Shown piece after piece: positions 1 to 10,365 of a stretch of DNA of 64,000 nt. Position numbers and translations under genes: made by a program. The DNA is from Akkermansiaceae bacterium. Lineage in GTDB: Bacteria > Verrucomicrobiota > Verrucomicrobiia > Verrucomicrobiales > Akkermansiaceae. Under the pieces are notes generated by a model that did no database searches, was not told the origin of the DNA, and saw only the letters and a list, made by a program, of their open reading frames with translations. The first letter of the stretch is position 1. The number at the start of each line of letters is the position of its first letter. The stretch covers positions 1 to 64,000 of the forward strand of contig JBPOGF010000006.1 of the NCBI GenBank assembly GCA_051251915.1, in the 5' to 3' direction.

Positions 1-188
1 CTCATTTATGAGGCAACGGGAGCTATTCTCGGCAAGACTAAGTTTTTTTCGGTGTCCGCTTCAATGAGGCAACACGTGTGAATATAGATCGATAAATAGA
101 CCTTGTCACTGATATTTCAGCTAGCATACTACTACAAATTCAATTAGCCTAATTTACTAGTTTAATATATTAGCCGAGGACACTTTTA

Positions 189-716
189 ATGACAGACAGA
201 ACGAAAGCAATATTGTTATCCATGCCATTTGTAATTGCTGGATTAGTGGTGTTATTCTTGCCTAAAATGCGTGATTTGCAAGATGCAAAGGTTTACCAGA
301 AGCTAGTGGAAATGCCTTTGAAATCGAAGATATCTACTCATAGAGATGGGCAAGTAGTAGGCTCACGGCATACTTTTTCAATGGGTGAGTATGGTGTGAC
401 TGACGTGGGTAATCTTCGTATAGTTATTAAAAATCTGCCTTTTTCAGGGAGTTCAAAAAGTAGCGTTGTTGTCAAAACAGATGTTAAAAATTCGGGAAGA
501 AGGGGAGCATCAGGAGTAGGAAACAGGCGATTTGAGACATTTGCCATTCCTGGCGGTTCTAGGTGTATCTTTGGGGGAATGGAATTTCAGTTTACCAATT
601 CTGAGTTACATGTTGGTGGCGAGGTAATCGGGGTAACCGGACCGCCGACCTTAGTATTGATAGGGGAAGACCGGGCAGTTATAGAAATTAGAGAGATAAA
701 TATAGCGCAGCAGTGA
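189..716 (+). CDS. hypothetical protein with N-terminal membrane anchor
   Basis: 175-aa ORF with a hydrophobic N-terminal segment; no recognisable motif. Confidence 0.6.
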   Translation: MTDRTKAILLSMPFVIAGLVVLFLPKMRDLQDAKVYQKLVEMPLKSKISTHRDGQVVGSRHTFSMGEYGVTDVGNLRIVIKNLPFSGSSKSSVVVKTDVKNSGRRGASGVGNRRFETFAIPGGSRCIFGGMEFQFTNSELHVGGEVIGVTGPPTLVLIGEDRAVIEIREINIAQQ

Positions 717-778
717 AGTCATCGATCTTTTATGAACTGTAAAATGTGAGACTATCCGCCTCAGTGTGATGACAGCGG

Positions 779-1486
779 CTAAATTTGGAAGTCAGTAGCT
801 CCGGAGTCTAGGTGGAGGCCGCATTCGTATTTGTTTCCGCCGTAGCGGGATTCTTCTGCTGATTGCCCTTCTTCAACAGGTGAGGTGCTGTGCCAGTCGC
901 CCATGGTCTGGTATCCTTTGGATTCTAGTGGGTGCTTAGGTAGGTTATTGTCACGAAAATACTGCTGCACTTGGGCGTCTGTCCAGTCTAGGATGGGGTA
1001 GACCTTGAGTGTGTTTTTCTGTTGCTCTAGAAATGGTCGCTCTACTCGGGTGCTGGATTGTGAACGGCGTAGTCCACTGAGCCAAATGTCTGTGCCGAGC
1101 TCGCGGAGTGCTCGGTTCATGGGTTCTATTTTATTGATGACTCCGTATTTGGCATTACCTTCTTCACCTTGTTCCCAGAGTTTACCATGAATAGCTTCTT
1201 GGCGAGCGGCGGTGACTAATGGCTGATATTCCTTGAGGTTGATGTTGAGCTTTGCTTTGAGTTGCTCGACGTATTGGTAAGTCTCAGGGAAGAGATAACC
1301 GGTGTCGATCCATACTACGGGAACTTCAGGAGCGTGTTTAGAAACGAGGTCTAGCATGACAGCGGCCTGAAGTCCAAAGCTAGTAGAGAGCACTAGTTTA
1401 GAGCCGTATTCTTGGTGTAGCCATTGAATACGCTGTGGTGCTTTTATTTTCTCGAAAGCGGTAAGGATTTCAGGTGTAGCGGTCAT
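779..1486 (-). CDS. cysH: phosphoadenosine phosphosulfate (PAPS) reductase
   Basis: STSFG, DTGYLFPETY, SGLRRSQ and C-terminal ECGLH motifs; lacks the CC/CxxC Fe-S cysteines of APS reductases. Confidence 0.95.
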   Translation of the reverse strand: MTATPEILTAFEKIKAPQRIQWLHQEYGSKLVLSTSFGLQAAVMLDLVSKHAPEVPVVWIDTGYLFPETYQYVEQLKAKLNINLKEYQPLVTAARQEAIHGKLWEQGEEGNAKYGVINKIEPMNRALRELGTDIWLSGLRRSQSSTRVERPFLEQQKNTLKVYPILDWTDAQVQQYFRDNNLPKHPLESKGYQTMGDWHSTSPVEEGQSAEESRYGGNKYECGLHLDSGATDFQI

Positions 1487-3177
1487 TATATTGCGTGGAA
1501 GTTATTTCCTGCCGTAGTGGCTTTTACATATCCGGCACGGATGACGAAGTCGCCAAAGCGCTCGCCTTCATTTCTTTCTTTAGCGTAGTGCTCGATGATA
1601 GGAGTTAGGAGTGGTTTGATTTCTTCCCCAGAAACTGCTTCTTTATAAATTTTATTAAGTCTTTGTCCGAAGAACCCGCCACCGAGATAGACGTTGTATT
1701 TACCTGGGCTTCTTCCTACGAAGCCTATTTCTGAGATGAATGGTCTGCCGCAACCATTAGGGCATCCAGTCATGCGGATGGTGATGGCATCGTGTCTGAG
1801 ACCACATTTTTCCAATGTTTCTTCTAGGTCTGTGATAAGGTGTGGAAGATAGCGCTCAGACTCGGCTAGTGCGAGTGCACAGGTAGGTAGAGCGACACAT
1901 GCGATGGAGTTAAGTCTTAGGGCGGATGAGCCAAGTGCTTTGAGTAGTCCATATTTCTCTAGGAGAGGCTCTATTTCCTTACGTTTAGCAGGGGAGATGT
2001 TCGAGATCACGAGGTTTTGGTTAGCAGTGAGGATGAACTCTCCTTCATGGATTTTAGAGATCTCTCTAAGTCCGGTTTTCATAGGGTAATCTGCGGTGTC
2101 AATGACGCGTCCACCTGGTATGAAGAGGTTAAGGTTGGCTTTACCATTGACGTTTTCTGACCAACCGAAGCGGTCGCCATTTGTGGTGAATTCGAATGGT
2201 TTTGCTGGTTGAAGCTTGTAGCCTAGGTATTCCTCTAGCTTGGCGGTGAAGCCTTCTACGCCCATACGCTCGACTGTGTATTTGAGGCGGGATTGCTTTC
2301 TGTCTTCACGGTTACCGAAGTCACGCTGCACTAAAACTACTTTCTCTGCGATATCTACAGCTTGGTCAGGAGTGATGAAGCCGATGACATCAGCGAGACG
2401 TGGGAAGGTGTCTTCTGCGCCGTGAGTCATACCCATGCCGCCACCTACTGAGACGTTATAGCCGATGATTTTTTCATCTTCTATGATAGCGATGTATGAG
2501 AGGCAGTGAGCGTAGATATCGACGTCGTTAGATGGTGGTATAGCGATGGCGATTTTGAACTTACGAGGGAGGTAAGTTTTTCCATAAATTTTCTCTTCTT
2601 CAGGTTCTGAGCTGAGGACTTTTTCTCCTTCTAGGAAGATGTCGTGATAGGCACCAGTCTGAGGTAGTAGGTGGGCGCTGATTTCATCTGCAAGCTTGAT
2701 GGTTTCAGCGTGTGCTGATGATAGATCAGGGTTAGGGTTGCACATGATGTTACGGTTCACATCACCACAGGCGGCGATGGAATCTAGTGCAACAGCGTGC
2801 ATTTCACGAACAGTTTGAACGAGGTTGAATTTGATCACGCCGTGGAGCTGGAACGCTTGTCTGGTGGTAAGTTTTAGGGTGCCGTTAGCGTAGTTGTCTG
2901 AGAGGTAGTCCATCTTTTGCCATTGCTCAGGGGTGATGAGACCTCCTGGCATACGGACACGGATGAGGAAGCTGTATGCTTTGTCTAGCTTGTGCTTGCG
3001 GCGATCTGCTCGGACATCACGATCGTCTTGGAGATACATTCCGTGGAACTTGCTGAGTTGTTGGTTATCCGCAGAGATTGCACCATTTGATGTGTCAGCA
3101 AATTCTTCTGCTAGGTTACCACGCAGGAAATTACTATTCTCTTTGAGTGCTTCGTTGGGGTGTAGTTTCTTGGACAT
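1486..3177 (-). CDS. cysI: sulfite reductase (NADPH) hemoprotein subunit
   Basis: KFHGMYLQDDRD, LTTRQAFQLHG, YLPRKFK, CVALPTC and TGCPNGC siroheme/Fe-S motifs. Confidence 0.97.
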   Translation of the reverse strand: MSKKLHPNEALKENSNFLRGNLAEEFADTSNGAISADNQQLSKFHGMYLQDDRDVRADRRKHKLDKAYSFLIRVRMPGGLITPEQWQKMDYLSDNYANGTLKLTTRQAFQLHGVIKFNLVQTVREMHAVALDSIAACGDVNRNIMCNPNPDLSSAHAETIKLADEISAHLLPQTGAYHDIFLEGEKVLSSEPEEEKIYGKTYLPRKFKIAIAIPPSNDVDIYAHCLSYIAIIEDEKIIGYNVSVGGGMGMTHGAEDTFPRLADVIGFITPDQAVDIAEKVVLVQRDFGNREDRKQSRLKYTVERMGVEGFTAKLEEYLGYKLQPAKPFEFTTNGDRFGWSENVNGKANLNLFIPGGRVIDTADYPMKTGLREISKIHEGEFILTANQNLVISNISPAKRKEIEPLLEKYGLLKALGSSALRLNSIACVALPTCALALAESERYLPHLITDLEETLEKCGLRHDAITIRMTGCPNGCGRPFISEIGFVGRSPGKYNVYLGGGFFGQRLNKIYKEAVSGEEIKPLLTPIIEHYAKERNEGERFGDFVIRAGYVKATTAGNNFHAI

Positions 3178-3218
3178 TTTAAATTGGGTGTTGAATAATT
3201 AATTTTAGGCAGTGAGGC

Positions 3219-4961
3219 TTAATAGACGTCACGCTGGTAGCGTTTGGCTTTCTTGAGGTCTGCTAAGTATTGCTCGGCTTCTTCTGTTGATTTTTTGCCT
3301 TCTGTTGAGATGATGTCGATTAGTGCGTCGTTGACGTCTTTTGCCATGCGGGAAGCATCGCCACAGACGTAGAAGTGGGCTCCTTTTTCTAGCCATGCCC
3401 AGAGTTCAGCGGCTTGTTCTTGCATCTTGTGCTGAACGTAGACTTTCTCAGGCTGGTCACGAGAAAATGCGACGTCAAGTTTGGTGAGGGCACCTGATTT
3501 GAGGTGATCTTGGATCTCTAGCTGGTAGAGGAAGTCTTCGTTGTATTTTTGATCTCCGAAGAACAACCAGCTTTCGCCTTTTGCTTCATCTTCTGCACGT
3601 TCTTCAATGAAGGCGCGGAATGGGGCGATGCCTGTTCCTGGGCCAACCATGATGATAGGGGTGTCTCCATTTTCAGGTAGGCGGAAGTTCTTGTTCTTGT
3701 GGAGGTAAACGTTGACCTTAGAGCCGGTCTTGGCCTCGTCTGCCAGGTAGGTGGATGCTACGCCTTTACGGTCTTTGTCATAGGTGTGGTAACGGACGGC
3801 TGCAATTGTGAGGTGCACTTCATCTGGGTGAGCTTTAGGGCTAGATGCGATGGAGTAGAGACGTGGAGGAAGTGCTCGGAAGCAATCCACCACTTGCTGC
3901 GCGGATAAGGTTTCAGGGAGTTTGGAGAATTCGAGAAGGTCAATGATCTCCCTGCCGTAGCACCAGTCCTTGAAGCTCATTTCAGCTTCGCCTGCGATAA
4001 GTGCGGCGAGATCCGCTGATCCATTTAGGGCTTGTATGTTGGTAGCTACTTTCTTCGAAACGCCTGTTATATCGAGGTGATTTTTGAGGGCATCACCTAG
4101 AGTTTTTTTACCAATGTTTTTCAGTTCTACTTCGACGCCTGCTGAGTGATCAATGGCTGAGAGAATGTCAGATACTGTGTTGTCTGCATTCTGTGGGATG
4201 ACGCAGAGGACATCTCCTGGCTCGTATTGGAATCCGGATCCTTCTAGTGAGAATTCAACGTGGATGGTTTCTTTTGCTGAGCAGGCTCCGCTGAGAAGGA
4301 CGTTATCGAGAATTTCTGCTGGGTAGGGGTTTTTCTTATCGAATGCTACAGCTGGTGCTGCGCTGATAGGAGCCGCTGTTTGTGTTGTTGCTGCTCCTAG
4401 TTTTTCCCAAATAGATTTTTCCCAAGTTGCGAATGCGTCATCGAAGTCAACGTCGCAATCAACACGATCTGCGATGCGAGTGGCTCCGAGTGTTTCTAGC
4501 TGGGCGTCAATGTCTGCTCCAGTTTTACAGAACTGATCATATGAGGTGTCACCTAGTGCGCAGACTGAGAAATCTACTCCTTTGAGATCTACTCCGCCTT
4601 TCATGAGGTCATTATAAAATGACTCGGCAGTTTCTGGTGGTTCGCCGTCTCCCCATGTGCTAACGATGACGAAAAGTGTGTCAGTGCCAGCGAGATCCTT
4701 GGCGGAAATTTCTGACATATTGGTGAGCTTTGCTTTATGACCTTGTTTTTTCGCTGCTTTGAAGACTTTATCTGCAAGCATCTCGCTGTTTCCAGACTCA
4801 GTGCCGTATAGGACTGTGATGTTCTTGGTAGCTGGGGCAGCTGATGTTCCTGCGCCTAGTGCTGCGGTGTAGCCACTGACCCAGATGGCTTGTGTGGGGC
4901 TAAGTGTTGCAGCGAGGGACTCAAGGAGAGCTTGTTGATTTTGGTCTAATAGTGAAGACAT
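3219..4961 (-). CDS. cysJ: sulfite reductase (NADPH) flavoprotein subunit
   Basis: Flavodoxin YGTESGN, RLYSIASS, GPGTGIAPFR, C-terminal RYQRDVY. Confidence 0.97.
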   Translation of the reverse strand: MSSLLDQNQQALLESLAATLSPTQAIWVSGYTAALGAGTSAAPATKNITVLYGTESGNSEMLADKVFKAAKKQGHKAKLTNMSEISAKDLAGTDTLFVIVSTWGDGEPPETAESFYNDLMKGGVDLKGVDFSVCALGDTSYDQFCKTGADIDAQLETLGATRIADRVDCDVDFDDAFATWEKSIWEKLGAATTQTAAPISAAPAVAFDKKNPYPAEILDNVLLSGACSAKETIHVEFSLEGSGFQYEPGDVLCVIPQNADNTVSDILSAIDHSAGVEVELKNIGKKTLGDALKNHLDITGVSKKVATNIQALNGSADLAALIAGEAEMSFKDWCYGREIIDLLEFSKLPETLSAQQVVDCFRALPPRLYSIASSPKAHPDEVHLTIAAVRYHTYDKDRKGVASTYLADEAKTGSKVNVYLHKNKNFRLPENGDTPIIMVGPGTGIAPFRAFIEERAEDEAKGESWLFFGDQKYNEDFLYQLEIQDHLKSGALTKLDVAFSRDQPEKVYVQHKMQEQAAELWAWLEKGAHFYVCGDASRMAKDVNDALIDIISTEGKKSTEEAEQYLADLKKAKRYQRDVY

Positions 4962-4982
4962 AGTAAAGGTGGTTTTAGAATA

Positions 4983-5759
4983 TTAAATTTGTGAGGTAAA
5001 TTGATTTGCTGTCTGAGATAGATTTAAATTATCCATCTCATTGATGATGCTTCCGATGATGCCAACTGCTGGAGATGCGAATCCAGAGGACTCTGCGATG
5101 TCCGCAATGTTAGCGAGTGTGCCACGGATGGTTTCTTGCTCAGGCATAGTAGCCCAGCGAACCATGGCTATAGGAGTGTCTGGTTTGGCTCCGTTTGAGA
5201 TCAGGTTCTCAGCAATTTTACGCAATGAAGAGACACCCATGAGGAAGATTTTGGTTCCTGGTGCAGTGGCGAGTTGTTGGTAATTTAGTGAGATTTCTCC
5301 AGTAGGATCCTTTGCTCCTTCGTGACCTGAAAAGATGGTGAGCTGAGCACCGTGGTTTCTGTGTGTGAGCGGGATTCCTGCTGATACTGGACCGGCAAAT
5401 GCGGAGGAAATGCCGGGGATGATTTCAAACTTTAATCCATTTTTAGCAAGTTCAGCAGCTTCTTCACCAGCTCTTCCAAAGATCATTGGGTCACCGCCTT
5501 TGAGTCTTACCACGATCTTTCCTGCACGGGTGCGATCTACGAGGACTTGGTTAATGTCCTCTTGTTTCATGGTGTGGCATTTGGCGCGCTTGCCGACATC
5601 GATCATCTCGCAACCAGGCTTGACATAGGTAAGGATTTCTCTGTTGACTAGGGCGTCATAGACCACCACATCCGCTTGCTGGATGCAGCGGTGAGCCTTA
5701 AGCGTGAGCAGATCTGGGTCGCCAGGTCCTGCTCCTGTTAGATAACAGATTCCTTCCAT
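4983..5759 (-). CDS. cobA: uroporphyrinogen-III C-methyltransferase (siroheme synthesis)
   Basis: GAGPGDPDLLT, VVRLKGGDP, PGISS motifs; located inside the cys operon. Confidence 0.93.
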   Translation of the reverse strand: MEGICYLTGAGPGDPDLLTLKAHRCIQQADVVVYDALVNREILTYVKPGCEMIDVGKRAKCHTMKQEDINQVLVDRTRAGKIVVRLKGGDPMIFGRAGEEAAELAKNGLKFEIIPGISSAFAGPVSAGIPLTHRNHGAQLTIFSGHEGAKDPTGEISLNYQQLATAPGTKIFLMGVSSLRKIAENLISNGAKPDTPIAMVRWATMPEQETIRGTLANIADIAESSGFASPAVGIIGSIINEMDNLNLSQTANQFTSQI

Positions 5760-5768
5760 GTGATTAGG

Positions 5769-7043
5769 TTATACGATCATTCCTGCCGCAATTGTTTCAT
5801 TCGTTTGCGGGTCGATCAGGATGAATGATCCAGTTGAGCGGTTCTTGCGGTAGCTGTCGTAAATGAGCGGGACAGAGGTGCGGAATGTGATTTTGCCAAT
5901 ATCGTTGAGCTTGAAATCTTTGTCGTCTTCAACTTTGTGGAGTGTGTTGATGTTGACTTTGTATTTCACTTCAGTGATTACCACTTTTGCCTCGTTGGAG
6001 GTGTGGCGGATGATGTACTTAGCTCTGTTAGCGAGTTTGCAGCTTTCTGAGAACCAGCAGATCATCGCTTCGATGTTTTGATCTACTTTTGGTAAGTTAT
6101 TCCTCTTAGAGATGAGGTTTCCACGAGAAATATCGATTTCGTCCTCAGTTGTCATTGTGACTGAAAGCGGGCTGAATGCTTGATCGAGCTCTTCTTCTGC
6201 GGCGTAGATTTTTTTGATTTTGGTGGTGAATCCAGATGGGTGGACGATGATTTCATCGCCTGGTTTGAATACTCCGCCAGCGACTCTGCCAGCAAAGCCG
6301 CGGAAGTCGTGGAATTCATCTGACTGAGGGCGAATGACCCATTGAACGGGGAATCTGGCTTCAACGTGGTTTTCTTGGTTACCGACATAGACGGTTTCTA
6401 GGTGATAAAGGAGTGTGACTCCTTTGTACCAGTCCATGTTTTGTGATTCATCGACAACGTTGTCACCTTTGAGAGCGCTGATGGGGATGAAGCTTACATC
6501 AACGACGTTTTCTAGACGTGATGCGAACTGTTTGAAGTCCTTGACAACTTTAAAATATGCTTCTTCCGAGTAGTCTACTAGATCCATTTTGTTTACGCAG
6601 ATGACGATGTGCTGGATGCGGAGCAGGCTGGCGATGAATGCGTGGCGCATGGTCTGCTCGATGACTCCGTGACGTGCATCTACTAGGATGATGGCGAGGT
6701 TTGCGGTGGATGCACCGGTGACCATATTTCTGGTATACTGGATGTGTCCAGGTGTGTCAGAGATGATGAACTTGCGCTTTGGTGTGGCGAAGTATCTGTA
6801 TGCGACATCGATGGTGATTCCTTGTTCGCGCTCGGCTTTGAGACCATCTGTTAGGAGTGCGAGGTTTATGTTCTCGTCACCGCGTTTTGCAGAAGATAGT
6901 TCTACGGCTTCCATCTGGTCATCAAAGGTGTTTTTTGAGTCATAGAGGAGTCTTCCGATGAGTGTGGACTTGCCGTCGTCCACGCTTCCTGCAGTGGTGA
7001 GGCGGAGTAAGTCCATGTCTAAATAGCCTGTAGTGTCTGACAT
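5769..7043 (-). CDS. cysN: sulfate adenylyltransferase subunit 1 (GTPase)
   Basis: GSVDDGKSTLIGRLL, EREQGITID, DTPGH, NKMD. Confidence 0.97.
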   Translation of the reverse strand: MSDTTGYLDMDLLRLTTAGSVDDGKSTLIGRLLYDSKNTFDDQMEAVELSSAKRGDENINLALLTDGLKAEREQGITIDVAYRYFATPKRKFIISDTPGHIQYTRNMVTGASTANLAIILVDARHGVIEQTMRHAFIASLLRIQHIVICVNKMDLVDYSEEAYFKVVKDFKQFASRLENVVDVSFIPISALKGDNVVDESQNMDWYKGVTLLYHLETVYVGNQENHVEARFPVQWVIRPQSDEFHDFRGFAGRVAGGVFKPGDEIIVHPSGFTTKIKKIYAAEEELDQAFSPLSVTMTTEDEIDISRGNLISKRNNLPKVDQNIEAMICWFSESCKLANRAKYIIRHTSNEAKVVITEVKYKVNINTLHKVEDDKDFKLNDIGKITFRTSVPLIYDSYRKNRSTGSFILIDPQTNETIAAGMIV

Positions 7044-7103
7044 AAAGTTAGTTATTTGTTATTTGTTATTGGGAAAAATATTTGAAGCTCTGGGGAGCTT
7101 GGT

Positions 7104-8009
7104 TTAAAAGTAGCCTTCTTTTTTACGGTCTTCCATGGATGTTTCTGAGCGTTTGTCGTCTGCTCTGTTACCACGTTCAGTTTCTCTTGCTGCTGCTACT
7201 TCTTCGATGATGGCATCTAAGTCAGAAGCATTTGAGAGGACTGCTCCAGTGATTGTGGCATCGCCCATGGTGCGGAATCTTGTGACGAGAGTTTCCACAG
7301 TTTCGGTGTCGCGAGGTTGAACTAGCTCATTTACTTCTAGGTAGGTGCCGCCGCGTTTGACGACTTCACGTTCGCGAGCGAAGTAGAGTGATGGGAGTTC
7401 GATGTTCTCGGCTTTGATGTATTGCCAGATGTCCATTTCTGTCCAGTTTGAGATAGGAAAGAATCTGAAATGTTCGCCGTGTTGTTTTCTTCCGTTGAAG
7501 ATGTTCCAGAGTTCTGGGCGTTGGTTCTGTGGTTGCCATTCGCCGAAGTCATTTCGGTGTGAGAAGAAGCGCTCTTTTGCGCGGGCTTTTTCTTCATCGC
7601 GGCGACCGCCACCACCAGCGGCGTCAAATCCGTTTGATTCGATGGTGTCTAGTAGAGTGACTGTTTGGAGTGCGTTTCTGCTGGCATTGAGGCCGGATTC
7701 TTCTTTGACGTCACCGTCATCGATTGACTTCTGAACGCTTCCTACAACAAGCTTAGCTCTGTATTTTTTGACAAAGGCATCACGGAAAGTGAGGCATTCC
7801 GCGAAGTTGTGACCAGTATCGATGTGGACTAGTGGGAATGGGATCTTGGCTGGATAAAATGCCTTGTAGGCGAGATACGCCATAACGATAGAATCCTTAC
7901 CTCCTGAGAAAAGTAGGGCAGGGGTGTCAAATTGGGCGGCGGCCTCTCTGAGGACAAAGATCGCCTCAGATTCTAGTTGCTTGAGGTGGCTTAAGTTATA
8001 GTTTTCCAT
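7104..8009 (-). CDS. cysD: sulfate adenylyltransferase subunit 2
   Basis: FSGGKDS, RRDEEKARAKER, QRPELW, C-terminal MEDRKKEGYF. Confidence 0.97.
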   Translation of the reverse strand: MENYNLSHLKQLESEAIFVLREAAAQFDTPALLFSGGKDSIVMAYLAYKAFYPAKIPFPLVHIDTGHNFAECLTFRDAFVKKYRAKLVVGSVQKSIDDGDVKEESGLNASRNALQTVTLLDTIESNGFDAAGGGGRRDEEKARAKERFFSHRNDFGEWQPQNQRPELWNIFNGRKQHGEHFRFFPISNWTEMDIWQYIKAENIELPSLYFAREREVVKRGGTYLEVNELVQPRDTETVETLVTRFRTMGDATITGAVLSNASDLDAIIEEVAAARETERGNRADDKRSETSMEDRKKEGYF

Positions 8010-8601
8010 GGTCTGTCGTTTTATAAAATTCTATGAGTTTCTGGAGTGATGCTTCCTCTGTTAGGAGAGTAGTGTCGATCACTAGTTCTGGGTTTACAGG
8101 TTCAACGAAGTTGGATCCAGCTCCTGTGAAATTCTTAATTTCACCTTTCGCTTGTTTGGCGTAAAGGCCTTTGACATCGCGCTTCATGCATGTTTCAAAG
8201 TCTGCTTTGATGTAGATTTCTTGGTATCTGTCGCCGATGATGTTGCGTGCTTGGGCGCGGAACTCTTCTTGCGGGGTGATGAGTGAAAGGATGACGATTG
8301 CTCCGTTGTTACTGAAAATTTTGGCAACTTCCGCGGTGCGGCGGATATTTTCATTTCTATCTTCGTCGCTAAATCCGAGATCGGCATTGAGTCCGCTGCG
8401 GAGGTTGTCTCCATCTAGGATGACTACGTATTTCCCTTCAGCGTGTAGCGAGCGCTCGAGTGCGTTCGCTAGAGTGGATTTACCAGATCCTGAGAGACCG
8501 CAGAGCCATAACACGATTCCTCGTTGGCTGAGGAGTGTTTCCTTGTCCTCGGTGCCGAGTTGGCGCGAGAATTCTGGATGGATGTTATCTTGTTGAGTCA
8601 T
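7996..8601 (-). CDS. cysC: adenylyl-sulfate kinase
   Basis: GLSGSGKST P-loop, LDGDNLR, RDVKGLY. Confidence 0.96.
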   Translation of the reverse strand: MTQQDNIHPEFSRQLGTEDKETLLSQRGIVLWLCGLSGSGKSTLANALERSLHAEGKYVVILDGDNLRSGLNADLGFSDEDRNENIRRTAEVAKIFSNNGAIVILSLITPQEEFRAQARNIIGDRYQEIYIKADFETCMKRDVKGLYAKQAKGEIKNFTGAGSNFVEPVNPELVIDTTLLTEEASLQKLIEFYKTTDHGKL

Positions 8602-8732
8602 GGTCGTTTTCTGAAGTGAAGGGAGTCTCCTACGGGTTTATGCAACTCGCAACTAGTAGGCTTGTCATTTGTGTCATAAAAAGGAGCTAAAAATGACTTG
8701 GCTGTTCTTTGCATATTGTCTACTTCTAAGCC

Positions 8733-9401
8733 ATGAAAAAATGGCAATGCACCGATAAAATAATAGCTCCTTCAATTCTTGCTGCTGATTGGGGAAAGGT
8801 CACTTCAGAGGTTTCAAGAGCGATTCAGTCGGGTGCAGACTGGATGCATTTAGATGTGATGGACGGGAATTTTGTCGATAATATCTCCTTTGGTCCGGAT
8901 ATGATCGCTACCGTCAGCGAAAGTAATGACATTTTTCTAGATGTCCATCTCATGATCGCTAGGCCGGACCATTTTCTAGATCGATTTATTAAGGCTGGAT
9001 CGGATCTAATCACTGTGCACATCGAGGCGGATCATGATGTTAATATGACTCTGAAACGTATACGCGAAGCTGGATGCAAGGCTGGACTGGCTCTTAATCC
9101 AGCTACTCCGATGGAGGATGTTTTGCCATATCTGGATCAGATTGACTTGCTGCTGTGTATGACTGTGGTGCCTGGTTTTGGTGGGCAGTCGTTTATGCAT
9201 GAGGTGATGCCTAAGGTGGAGCAGGCGGCTTCGATGCGTGAGCTGCGCGGTCTAAATTATCATATTGAAGTGGATGGCGGGATAGGCGTGGAAACTGCGG
9301 CTGTGGCATCTGCCGCGGGGGCAAATGTCATGGTAGCTGGCTCATCTACGTTCAGAGCACCAGATATGGGTGAGGCTGTAGCGGCTATCCGTGAGGCGTG
9401 A
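8733..9401 (+). CDS. rpe: ribulose-phosphate 3-epimerase
   Basis: IAPSILAAD, HLDVMDG, DVHLM, PGFGGQ, VDGG. Confidence 0.96.
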   Translation: MKKWQCTDKIIAPSILAADWGKVTSEVSRAIQSGADWMHLDVMDGNFVDNISFGPDMIATVSESNDIFLDVHLMIARPDHFLDRFIKAGSDLITVHIEADHDVNMTLKRIREAGCKAGLALNPATPMEDVLPYLDQIDLLLCMTVVPGFGGQSFMHEVMPKVEQAASMRELRGLNYHIEVDGGIGVETAAVASAAGANVMVAGSSTFRAPDMGEAVAAIREA

Positions 9402-10137
9402 ATTGTTTTCTTCGTCGGAATAAAATTACAGATGATGCGATGGCTAGCATGGCTGCAGAATGTGGTTCAGGGACAGGGACTGCTGAGAGCTGAACATCAT
9501 CGTAGTCAATTTCTAGAAAGGCATCTGGGTCTGCAGTCAGGAAGTTTTCGTTTACGAGTCTGATTTCTAAATTCTGGCCTAGTTGTGGATGGCTCCCGTC
9601 AGCGAGAAAGGTGACAGTGGAAAGAGCAAATTCACCTTCAGGGATGGTAAGCCCATTATTATCTGAGCTGATTACTGAGCCACCAGCGAGTAGTTCTACA
9701 CGGTATCCAGGGTTGCCGTTGAGATTATAAAACGTCCCATTTAGATCTGTTCCAGAGGCGATGTTACCAACTTGGACGGTGAGGGTATAGAGGGTGTCAG
9801 CTAGTAAGGTGTTAGTTAGGACTTGCGTGTATCCGTATTCACCGTCTCCTCGTCGTGAGCGGTTGTATAGTATGGCTACTCGGTTCCCTTCAGGTGCTGT
9901 GGTATTAAAGAATTCTGTGCCATTGGGCAATAGTGTTCCTATTGCTAATCCTGAGCTGGGGTGAATCTCGAACGGGTCATAAACCTGCCAACCAGTGGGT
10001 CTTCCGAAGGTGAATTCTCCGTATGGGTTTTGGCCAGTGGTATCTTCAAAGCCAGGATTCTGAACGACAAGCATGGCTGCAGATGAGGTTTGGGTGAGTA
10101 GGAAGGTGAAGGCTAGTGATTTGATAATTTGTTTCAT
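9385..10137 (-). CDS. PEP-CTERM sorting domain protein
   Basis: Signal peptide; C-terminal VPEP, transmembrane segment and RRRK. Confidence 0.88.
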   Translation of the reverse strand: MKQIIKSLAFTFLLTQTSSAAMLVVQNPGFEDTTGQNPYGEFTFGRPTGWQVYDPFEIHPSSGLAIGTLLPNGTEFFNTTAPEGNRVAILYNRSRRGDGEYGYTQVLTNTLLADTLYTLTVQVGNIASGTDLNGTFYNLNGNPGYRVELLAGGSVISSDNNGLTIPEGEFALSTVTFLADGSHPQLGQNLEIRLVNENFLTADPDAFLEIDYDDVQLSAVPVPEPHSAAMLAIASSVILFRRRKQFTPHG

Positions 10138-10365
10138 AGATTAAATAAATGGATTCAATCTAAGAACGAGAAATTTCTACCAAGGTGGCACCTTAGGAGT
10201 CACTAAAATATAAAGTATCGATCTTCGCATGTCCTGAACCTCGCCACCTACGTTCAAATTTCCCTTGATTAACCCACTAAACAAGGGGGATTTTGCCTTG
10301 ATGGCAAGATTCAGTCCGGCGCGAACATGAATACTTAATTTCTTCGCAACTCCTTAAGTTGTAAT

